Part shown: piece by piece, positions 16,725-24,315 of the stretch | Position numbering within the stretch: the first letter of the stretch is position 1 | Layout: every line of letters starts with the position of its first letter | From: Thermoanaerobaculaceae bacterium | Lineage (GTDB): Bacteria > Acidobacteriota > Thermoanaerobaculia > Thermoanaerobaculales > Thermoanaerobaculaceae | DNA length: 29,567 nucleotides | Direction of reading: 5' to 3' | NCBI GenBank assembly: GCA_022865555.1 | Contig: JALHTD010000463.1 | Coordinates: forward strand, 1-29,567 | The notes under the pieces: generated by a model | What the model saw: only the letters and a program-made list of their open reading frames with translations | Databases searched by the model: none | What the model was told of the DNA's origin: nothing | Translations under genes and position numbers: made by a program

Positions 16725-17536
16725 GGCGTTTGCTCCTGGGCGTGGTTGTCCTGACGCTGGCGGCTTCCGCGCCGGCGATGGTGTTCGAGCGCTTCCTCTC
16801 GCCGGAGCGTCCGGCGGACAGGGCGATCATGAACTACATGGCTCTCGAGAAGGCGGGCAAAGCGACCTCCTCGGACCTGGCGAACCTGGGCGTGCTGATC
16901 TTCGAGAAGGGGTTCCCCAGAGATGCCGAGCACTACCTGCGGCAGGCCCTCAAGCTGGACGAGGACAACTACGAGGCCGCCTACCGCCTGGGGCTCGTGC
17001 TGCAGCACCAGGGGCACGACTTCAAGGCGATGTGGTACTACAAGAAGACCCTGAGGGCCCGCCCGGGGTACGCTCAGGCCCGCTTCATGCTGGCCCTGGC
17101 GGAGGAGCGCTGCGGCCTGCGCAGCGCCGCGATCGACGACTACATGCGGGCCTACCGGCGCGCGCCCGATCTGGCCAACGCGGAACTCAACCCCCTCGTC
17201 TACGACTCCGACGTGCAGACCGAGGTCGCGATCAGGTACTACCAGCAGACGGTGACCGCCTCCACTCTGAAGGCCACCCCGATCGACCCCGCCTCGGTGC
17301 GCCAGATGATGCAGATCCGCGCCGCCAAGGCCGGGGGTCAGCCCGCCCAACCGGCATCCCAGGTGCAACCGGAGCCGCAGGTCCAGACCGCCCCGCAGCC
17401 GCCGCCGGCGCCACCGATACCAGAGCAGCAGCCGGCGGTGCCCCAGGCGGCACCACCGACACTCCAGCCGGCTGCGGCGGCCCCGGGCGGTCCGCGGGTG
17501 GGATCGCCGCGCCGCACGCCGACCCCTGGACCCTAG
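16721..17536 (+). CDS. Secreted tetratricopeptide-repeat protein with Pro/Gln/Ala-rich C-terminal tail
   Basis: ATGA overlap with GGAGG upstream. Signal peptide 'MRRLLLGVVVLTLAASAPA', TPR-like helices ('AAYRLGLVLQHQG', 'ARFMLALAEERCG') and a low-complexity tail. Confidence 0.8.
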   Translation: MRRLLLGVVVLTLAASAPAMVFERFLSPERPADRAIMNYMALEKAGKATSSDLANLGVLIFEKGFPRDAEHYLRQALKLDEDNYEAAYRLGLVLQHQGHDFKAMWYYKKTLRARPGYAQARFMLALAEERCGLRSAAIDDYMRAYRRAPDLANAELNPLVYDSDVQTEVAIRYYQQTVTASTLKATPIDPASVRQMMQIRAAKAGGQPAQPASQVQPEPQVQTAPQPPPAPPIPEQQPAVPQAAPPTLQPAAAAPGGPRVGSPRRTPTPGP

Positions 17537-18606
17537 ACGTTGAAGCGGAACGTGATCACGTCGCCGTCCCGGACGGGGTAGTCCTTGCCCTCCAGGCGGA
17601 GCGTGCCGTGCGCGCGGCAGGCGGCGAACGATCCCGCCTCGACCAGCTCCTGCCACGGCGTCACCTCGGCGCGGATGAACCCGCGCTCCATGTCGGTGTG
17701 GACGACCCCGGCGGCCTTGACGGCGTGCGTGGCCTCCGGAATCGACCAGGCACGAACTTCGTTGTCACCGATCGTGAAAAAGGATACGAGCCCCAGCAGC
17801 GCGTAGGCGGCGCGCAGCAACCGGTCGAGCGCCCTGTCGGGCAGCTCCAGGTCGGCGAGAAAGGCCGCCTGGTCGGCGGGTGCCAGCAGCGAGATCTCCT
17901 GCTCGAGAGTCGCACACACCGCGCTGGTCGCCACCCCGGGCCTGCCCTGCCAGCGGTCCAGCCCTGCGCCTACCAGCGCGCCAGGCAGATCCGAGGCGCT
18001 CTCTTCGCCGACGTTGAGCACGACGAGCAACGGCTTGAGGGAGAGGAAGCCGAAACCCTTGAGGTGCTGGCGGTCCTCTGCCGAGAGGCCTGCCTGGCGC
18101 AACGGGGTGCCGGCCTCGAGCGCGAGCCGGCAGCGCTCGAGGGCGGCACGCTCGGCCTCGAGTTCGGGCACCCTGTGCTTCTTCAGCTCGCTCTCGAGAC
18201 GCTTGGCGCGGTTCTCGACGACGGTCAGGTCGGCGAGCATCAACTCCGTCTCCAGCAGATCGACGTCGCGTGCCGGGTCGATGCTTTCCTCGGGATGGGG
18301 CACGGTTGCGGAGGCGAAACCCCGGACGATCGCCGCCAGGCCATCCGTCGTGCGCAGCTCCGGAAGGTTGAGGCTTGCCGATCCACCCTTCACGACGCCC
18401 GGGACATCCACGAAGCGCACCGTTGCGGCGACCGGCTTGCGGGGTGCGAACAGACTCGCGAGCCGCTCGAGCCTCGCGTCCGGCACGTGCGCGACGCCGA
18501 CGTGTGCCTCGCGCTTGCCGTGAACGGCCGCCACCTGGTGACCGGTGAGCAGGGAGAACAGCGTGGTCTTTCCAGACAGCTCCAGGCCGAGGATGCCGAA
18601 CTCCAT
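17533..18606 (-). CDS. ychF: YchF/Obg-like ATPase, divergent paralogue (DUF933/TGS C-terminus)
   Basis: Motifs 'GKTTLF', 'VGVAHVPDARL', 'FVDVPG', 'LSLKPLLVVLNVGE', 'FFTIGDNEVRAW', 'HTDMERGFIRAEV' and 'LRLEGKDY.V.DGDVI.FRFNV'. RBS GGAGG. Confidence 0.88.
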   Translation of the reverse strand: MEFGILGLELSGKTTLFSLLTGHQVAAVHGKREAHVGVAHVPDARLERLASLFAPRKPVAATVRFVDVPGVVKGGSASLNLPELRTTDGLAAIVRGFASATVPHPEESIDPARDVDLLETELMLADLTVVENRAKRLESELKKHRVPELEAERAALERCRLALEAGTPLRQAGLSAEDRQHLKGFGFLSLKPLLVVLNVGEESASDLPGALVGAGLDRWQGRPGVATSAVCATLEQEISLLAPADQAAFLADLELPDRALDRLLRAAYALLGLVSFFTIGDNEVRAWSIPEATHAVKAAGVVHTDMERGFIRAEVTPWQELVEAGSFAACRAHGTLRLEGKDYPVRDGDVITFRFNV

Positions 18607-18622
18607 GCTCGCCTCCGCGACG

Positions 18623-18658
18623 ATTCTAGCGGAGGTGGCGGCTGCCCCCTGCTAAACT
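18623..18658. promoter_or_regulatory. Divergent promoter region: TAGAAT (-10, minus strand, 18623-18628) and extended TG-C-TAAACT (-10, plus strand, 18650-18658)
   Basis: AT-containing hexamers in the 71-bp gap between ychF and the TPR gene. No clear -35 boxes. Confidence 0.4.
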
Positions 18659-18677
18659 TGCGGCGAGGAGTCCGACC

Positions 18678-19433
18678 ATGAGGAATCAGATGACGATAGG
18701 TGTGGTCGTGCTTTGCGCTCTGGTCGCCGGACCGGGACGCGCCGAGGCGCCGGCGGGTGAGGCGCTCGCTGCGGCTCGCGCCGCCTACGAGACCCGGGCC
18801 GAACCCGCCCAGGCCAAGGCTGCGGTGGAGCTCTTCCAGAAGGCGGCCACCGAGGACCCGGCCTCGTACGAGGCCCGCTGGGAGGGTGCCCGCGCCATCT
18901 ACTTCTACGGCACCTACACCCGCTCGGATGCTAAGGACGCCGAGAAGATGGCCATCTTCGACGGCGGGATCGCCCTCGCGAAGGAAGCCGTGGCGCTCTC
19001 GCCGAAGGGCGTCGAGGGGCACTTCTGGCTGGGTGTGCTCTACGGCGTGTACGGCGAGGCCAAGGGGATCTTCAAGTCGTTGAGCCTGGTCCCGGTGATC
19101 AAGCAGGAGATGCAGACCTGCCTGGAGCTCGACCCCGCGGTCGAGGGCTGGGGACCGGACCGGGTGCTCGGGCGGATGTACTTCAAGCTGCCGTTCTTCA
19201 AGGGCGGCGACAACGACAAGTCCATCGCCTACCTGGAGAAGTCCCTCGCGGGTGCGCCCACAAACGCCCTCACGCGCCTCTACCTCGCCGAGACGTATCG
19301 CTCCAAGGGCAGGACGGCCAGCGCCATCCAGCAGCTCAAGGAGATCGTCAACATGACGTCGGACCCGCGCTGGACCGCCGAGCACCCCTGGATCAAGACG
19401 CAGGCCGAAAAGCTGCTGAAGAAGCTGCAGTGA
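18678..19433 (+). CDS. Secreted TPR-like alpha-solenoid protein (TatT/RMDN-like)
   Basis: RBS GAGGAG and a signal peptide. Motifs 'YEARWEGARAIYFYG', 'EGHFWLGVLYGVYGEAKGIFKSL', 'ELDP....GPDRVLGRMYFKLP' and 'LYLAETY'. Confidence 0.75.
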   Translation: MRNQMTIGVVVLCALVAGPGRAEAPAGEALAAARAAYETRAEPAQAKAAVELFQKAATEDPASYEARWEGARAIYFYGTYTRSDAKDAEKMAIFDGGIALAKEAVALSPKGVEGHFWLGVLYGVYGEAKGIFKSLSLVPVIKQEMQTCLELDPAVEGWGPDRVLGRMYFKLPFFKGGDNDKSIAYLEKSLAGAPTNALTRLYLAETYRSKGRTASAIQQLKEIVNMTSDPRWTAEHPWIKTQAEKLLKKLQ

Positions 19434-19570
19434 GTCCTCACCCGTCGGATCTGGCTGCCCACGCAGGCGGAAACTCTGCGCGGGCCGGCGCGTACCCAGT
19501 CGCGAGAGCGTGCCGCGTCGGTACATCTGGGCAAGATCGGTGCCGCCGCCGGGGAGGTGGGGGTGCGAAT

Positions 19571-20413
19571 ATGCGAACGCGAACGGTGCTCGGACTGCTG
19601 CTGGTAGGTGTCGCGGCCAGTGCGGCGGCCGGGGAACTGGTGCTGCCGATTTTTGCCCTGCGCTGGCCGGGCAAGGACGGCAACCGCTGGATCTCCGAGG
19701 TGTTTCTGACGAACCCGGGACCCACGGCGGTGCGGGTGAGCGGCCCACAGGTCATTCCGGGCGTAGTCAACACCACGGTCCCCTGCCTGCCGCCGGTGCC
19801 GGCCTATCGTGAGGTCCCGCCGTACCGCACGGTGCTGCTGACGGCAAACGAGCTCTCGGTTGACCTCGGGTGCCCTGACTCGGTGCTCGCTGGGGTCGCC
19901 TTCGAGGCGGATGGGCCGGTGCGGATCTTCAGCCGTGTCGTCAACGACCGGGGGACCGAAGGCGTCACCGGGGTACTGTCCGGCCTGGGCCAGGAGGTGC
20001 CGGCGCTTGCGGCTTCGGAGCTGATGCTGCCGGGCGGCGTGTACCAGCTCCCCGGTCTGCTCTGGGACCCCTTCCGGTGTGCGCGTCCGCCGCTGTTCGA
20101 GGTCTACCTCTACCTCGCGAACCCGGGCTCCGAGCCCGCGGAGGTCGTGCTTCAGCAGTCGCGCACCGGCCAGCCGGGTGAGCTGATCATCAACGGCGTG
20201 CCCGTCCCGACGCCACACGTGCTCGAGCTCCGGTCGCGGGAGTGGCGTCAGCTCAAGGTCGAGCTGGGCGGCGCGTTGCCCGCCGTGTGCCTGGGGCCCC
20301 AGGTCGCCGACCTCTTTCTCACGGCCACCGGGGGGATCGCCGTCGTCGGCTCGGTGGTGGATCGCACCTCCCAGGACCCCTGGACGGTGCTGCCGGTGCG
20401 CACCTCGGAGTGA
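19571..20413 (+). CDS. Secreted hypothetical protein with two tandem beta-rich repeats
   Basis: Signal peptide 'MRTRTVLGLLLVGVAASAAAG' and GC3-biased codons. Repeat motifs 'EVFLTNPG' / 'YLYLANPG' and 'SRVVNDRG' / 'GSVVDRTSQDP'. Confidence 0.8.
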   Translation: MRTRTVLGLLLVGVAASAAAGELVLPIFALRWPGKDGNRWISEVFLTNPGPTAVRVSGPQVIPGVVNTTVPCLPPVPAYREVPPYRTVLLTANELSVDLGCPDSVLAGVAFEADGPVRIFSRVVNDRGTEGVTGVLSGLGQEVPALAASELMLPGGVYQLPGLLWDPFRCARPPLFEVYLYLANPGSEPAEVVLQQSRTGQPGELIINGVPVPTPHVLELRSREWRQLKVELGGALPAVCLGPQVADLFLTATGGIAVVGSVVDRTSQDPWTVLPVRTSE

Positions 20414-20457
20414 GCGCTGCGTGCGACCACCCGCGGCGATAAGGGTACGGTGCGCAC

Positions 20458-21141
20458 GTGCCCTGGTTTTCGCCCGACTTCGAGGCGCTCTCGCTCCCCG
20501 AGGCCCGCGCACTGCAGGAGCGGCTGGCGGGGTTGGTACGGGAGGAGGACGTGGACAAGACCGTAAGGCTGGTCGCAGGAGTGGACGTGGCCTACGACGG
20601 CGGGGGAGGACACGCCCACGCCGCTGTGGCCCTCTGGGATGTCGCGAGCGGCCGAGTCATCGAGACGGCCACAGCCTCGGCCGAAACCCACTTCCCGTAC
20701 GTTCCTGGATTCCTCGCCTGGCGGGAGCTGCCGGCGGTACTCGCGGCCTTCGGGAGGCTGGGCGGACACCCCGACGTCGTCCTGGTGGACGGGCACGGAC
20801 GCGCCCACCCGCGCCGGTGCGGTCTCGCGTGTCTCGTTGGGCTCGCCCTCGACCTGCCCACCGCGGGCTGCGCCAAGAGCGTGCTCGTGGGAAGCTTCTC
20901 CGGGCTTGCGGCAGAGCGCGGCGCTCGCCTGCCCCTCGTGGACCGGGGCGAGGCGATCGGAGCCGTGCTGCGCACGCGGACCGGCGTGCGGCCGGTCTAC
21001 GTCTCGGTGGGGCATCGGATCACACTCGAGGGCGCATGTGGAGTCGTGCTTCGCGCGAGCCGTTTCCGCCTTCCCGAGCCGCTGCGGATCGCGCACACCA
21101 CGGTCACCAGCCTGCGCGCCGCCCGTATCCGTGGTGCGTGA
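20458..21141 (+). CDS. nfi: Endonuclease V (deoxyinosine 3'-endonuclease)
   Basis: Motifs 'VAGVDVAY', wedge 'PYVPGFLAWRE', 'LVDGHGRAHPRRCGLA', 'GCAKS', 'PVYVSVGH' and 'RLPEPLRIAH'. Confidence 0.95.
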   Translation: MPWFSPDFEALSLPEARALQERLAGLVREEDVDKTVRLVAGVDVAYDGGGGHAHAAVALWDVASGRVIETATASAETHFPYVPGFLAWRELPAVLAAFGRLGGHPDVVLVDGHGRAHPRRCGLACLVGLALDLPTAGCAKSVLVGSFSGLAAERGARLPLVDRGEAIGAVLRTRTGVRPVYVSVGHRITLEGACGVVLRASRFRLPEPLRIAHTTVTSLRAARIRGA

Positions 21142-21204
21142 GAGAAGCCCGGAGCCGCATCCGCGGCCACGGTTTCGCGCATCTGGTGTCGGGGTCGAGA
21201 GGGC

Positions 21205-24200
21205 CTACTCCGTGGCGGCTGCCTGCTTCTTTCGGCCGCCCAGGAACCACAGCCACACACCTAGCCTGCTCTGCAAGCCGTCCATGTAGGTGAAGACCAC
21301 GGGGGTCACGAACAGGGTCAGCGACTGCGAGACCACGAGGCCCCCGACCACCGCCAGGCCCAACGGGCGCCGCGCCTCTGCGCCGGCGCCCCAGCCGAGC
21401 GCGATAGGCAGGGTGCCGAAGAGCGCGGCCATCGTCGTCATCATGATCGGGCGGAAGCGCACCACGCACGCCTCGTAGATGGCCTCCATCGGCGACTTCC
21501 CGCTCTTCTGCGCCTCGATGGCGAAATCGATCATGATGATGCCGTTCTTCTTCACGAGGCCGACCAGCATGATGATGCCGACGAAGGCGTAGATGTTGAG
21601 GTCGGTCCTGAACAGCGCGAGCGTCGCGAGGGCGCCGGCGCCGGCCAAGGGGAGCGCCGACAGGATCGTGAACGGGTGGATGAAGCTCTCGTACAGGATG
21701 GCGAGCACCATGTAGATCACGAGGACGGCGAGGACGAGCAGGAGCCCAAGGCCCTGCATCGAGGACTGGAAAGCCTGCGCGGTCCCCTGGAATGCCTGCG
21801 AGATCGACGAGGGAAGCGTGGCCTTGGCCAGCCTCTCCACCTCTGCGGTCGCCGGACCCAGTGCCACCCCGGGCTTCAGGTTGAAGGAGAGCGTGACCGA
21901 GGGGAGCTGGCCGGAGTGGTTGACGGTGAGCGGGCCGATGCCCGGGGCCATCTTGACCAGCGAGTCGAGGGGCACCAGTTGGCCGTTCGCCGAGCGCACG
22001 TAGATGAGGGAGAGGTCCAGCATATCGGTCTGGAACTCGGGCTTGGCCTCCATGATCACCATGTACGAGTTCTGCGGGGCGAAGATGGTGGAGACCTGCC
22101 GCGTGCCGTAGGCCGTGTAGAGCGTGTCCTCGATCTGCTGGGGCGTGACGCCGAGGGCGGCCGCCTTGTCCCGCTGGATCTCCACGTTGATCTGCGGGTT
22201 CTTGAGCAGCAGGTCCGTATTCACGTCCTGCAGCAGCGGGTTGGCGCGCATCTTGACCTCGAGCTCGGGCGCGTAGCGGTAGAGATCTTCGGTGGATGGG
22301 CTGAAGAGGGTGAGCTGGTAGAGGGCGCGGCTCTGCCGGCCGCCGATCTGGATGGCCGGCGGGCTCTGAATGTAGGTCCGAACGCCCGGCACGGCCGCGA
22401 GCTTGGGCCGCAGGGCCTCGACGATCTCATCGGCGCTGAGCTCGCGCTGGTTGCGGGGCTTGAGCCGGATGAACAGGAAGCCGGAGTTTGACGAGCCGCC
22501 GCCGCCGCGCCCGCCCGCGGAGGATCCGAACGCCTCGATGTTGGGATCTTGCCTGAGGATCTCGGCGATCGCCTGCTGGTGGCGCGCCATCGAATCGAAC
22601 GAGATCCCCTCCACGGCCTCTGTCTGGCCGGAGAGCGGCCCGACGTCCTGCGACGGGATGAACCCCTTCGGGACCCAGGCGAAGAGGAAGCCCATCAGGA
22701 TCGTGATCGCAGCGGTGAGCGCCATCATCGTGCGGCGGTGCGCCAGCGACCAGGAGAGCCCGGCCTTGTAGCCGTTGAGCATGCTGTTGAAGCCGCGCTC
22801 GAAGAAGTTATAGAAGGCATGGTGCTCGACCTCGCGGAGCGGACGAAGGAAGCGGCTCCCCAGCATCGGGGTGAGCGTCAGCGAGATGAACCCGGAGATG
22901 AGGACAGCCACCCCGATCGTCACGGCGAACTCGCGGAAAAGCCGCCCCACGATCCCCCCCATGAAGAGCACCGGCAGGAAGACGGCGGCGAGGGAGAGCG
23001 TCATCGAGACGATCGTGAACCCGATCTCCCGCGAGCCCTCGAGGGCGGCCTGGAAAGGTTTCTTGCCCATCTCCATGTGACGGAAGATGTTCTCCAGCAT
23101 GACGATGGCGTCGTCCACCACGAACCCTACCGAGAGCGTGAGCGCCATCAGCGAGAGGTTGTCCACGCTGTAGTCGAGCAGGTACATGATGCCGAAGGTG
23201 CCGACGATGGACATCGGCATCGCGAGAGAGGGGATCGCCGTTGCCGAGAGGTTGCGCAGGAAAAGGAAGATCACCAGCACGACGAGGGTCAGGGTGACGA
23301 GCAGCGTGACCTTGACGTCGTTGACCGAGTCGCGGATGGACTCCGAGCGGTCGAACACGATGTGCATCGAGACGCTTGCGGGCAGCAGGTGCTTGAAGGT
23401 TGGCAGCAGCTCGCGCACCGACTGCGCCACCGCCACGGTGTTCGTGCCCGGCTGCTTCTGGATCGCCAGCATGATCGAGCGCTGGTCAACAAACCAGGCC
23501 GCCGTCTTATTGTTCTCCACGCTGTCCAGGACGTTGCCGAGCTCCTCCAGGCGGACCGGCTTGCCGTTGCGGAAGGCGACGACGATGGGCCTGTAGGCGT
23601 CGGCGGACGTGAGCTGGCCCGCGGTCTGGATGGTGTAGGACTTCTCCGGCCCCCAGAGGATGCCGGTGGGGAGGTTGACGTTGTTGCTCCGGACCGCGCG
23701 CATGACGTCGTCGAAGCCGATGCCGCGGGTCGCCAGCTGCCTCGGGTCCACCTGGATGCGCACCGCGTACTTCTGGCCGCCGTAGACGTTCACCTGGGCC
23801 ACGCCGGAGAGCATGGAGATGCGCTGCGAGATCACGGTCTCGCCGTACTCGTCGAGCTCGTACAGCGGCAGGCTGGGTGAGGTCAGGGCGATGAAGAGGA
23901 TTGGCTGGTCCGCCGGGTTGACCTTGCGGTAGGTTGGTGGGAACGGCATGTCGGGTGGCAGCTGCCGACTGGTGCGCGCGATGGCGGCCTGCACGTCCTG
24001 CGCGGCGGCATCGATGTCGCGATCCAGCGCGAACTGAAGGGTGATGTTCGTGCTCCCGAGGCCGCTCGATGAGGTCATCGAGTCCACGCCGGCGATGGTC
24101 GAGAACTCCTTCTCCAGCGGGGTCGCCACCGAGGCGGCCATGGTGTCGGGGTTGGCCCCCGGCAGCGAGGCGGACACTGAGATCGTCGGGAAGTCCACGT

Positions 24201-24315
24201 TGGGCAGGTCGGAGACCGGCAGCAGCCTGTAGGCCATGGCGCCGAAGATCAGGATGGCGCCCATCACGACGGTGGTCATGACGGGGCGGCGGATGAAGAG
24301 CTCGGAGAAGTTCAT
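21205..24315 (-). CDS. RND efflux permease, MdtB/MdtC (AcrB/AcrD/AcrF) family
   Basis: 1036 aa. Motifs 'FIRRPVMTT', 'LPNVDFPTISV', proton-relay 'VVDDAIVMLEN', 'GLVKKNGI', 'RFRPIMMTT' and 'RRPLGLAVVGGL'. Confidence 0.96.
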   Translation of the reverse strand: MNFSELFIRRPVMTTVVMGAILIFGAMAYRLLPVSDLPNVDFPTISVSASLPGANPDTMAASVATPLEKEFSTIAGVDSMTSSSGLGSTNITLQFALDRDIDAAAQDVQAAIARTSRQLPPDMPFPPTYRKVNPADQPILFIALTSPSLPLYELDEYGETVISQRISMLSGVAQVNVYGGQKYAVRIQVDPRQLATRGIGFDDVMRAVRSNNVNLPTGILWGPEKSYTIQTAGQLTSADAYRPIVVAFRNGKPVRLEELGNVLDSVENNKTAAWFVDQRSIMLAIQKQPGTNTVAVAQSVRELLPTFKHLLPASVSMHIVFDRSESIRDSVNDVKVTLLVTLTLVVLVIFLFLRNLSATAIPSLAMPMSIVGTFGIMYLLDYSVDNLSLMALTLSVGFVVDDAIVMLENIFRHMEMGKKPFQAALEGSREIGFTIVSMTLSLAAVFLPVLFMGGIVGRLFREFAVTIGVAVLISGFISLTLTPMLGSRFLRPLREVEHHAFYNFFERGFNSMLNGYKAGLSWSLAHRRTMMALTAAITILMGFLFAWVPKGFIPSQDVGPLSGQTEAVEGISFDSMARHQQAIAEILRQDPNIEAFGSSAGGRGGGGSSNSGFLFIRLKPRNQRELSADEIVEALRPKLAAVPGVRTYIQSPPAIQIGGRQSRALYQLTLFSPSTEDLYRYAPELEVKMRANPLLQDVNTDLLLKNPQINVEIQRDKAAALGVTPQQIEDTLYTAYGTRQVSTIFAPQNSYMVIMEAKPEFQTDMLDLSLIYVRSANGQLVPLDSLVKMAPGIGPLTVNHSGQLPSVTLSFNLKPGVALGPATAEVERLAKATLPSSISQAFQGTAQAFQSSMQGLGLLLVLAVLVIYMVLAILYESFIHPFTILSALPLAGAGALATLALFRTDLNIYAFVGIIMLVGLVKKNGIIMIDFAIEAQKSGKSPMEAIYEACVVRFRPIMMTTMAALFGTLPIALGWGAGAEARRPLGLAVVGGLVVSQSLTLFVTPVVFTYMDGLQSRLGVWLWFLGGRKKQAAATE

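Noticed and set aside
19434-19570. Assignment of the spacer structure to c-di-GMP-I, ZTP, SAM-I, TPP or cobalamin riboswitches
   Set aside because: The conserved core sequences I recall for these classes are absent or only partly matched (e.g. CTGGGCA without the ZTP CGCC context), and the downstream gene does not fit.
14775-21141. Selenoprotein (in-frame UGA plus SECIS) or tRNA-Sec near selA
   Set aside because: Read-through of the TGA stops I checked (19433, 20413) gives no meaningful continuation or Cys/Sec redox motif. No tRNA cloverleaf or T-loop was seen in the spacers.
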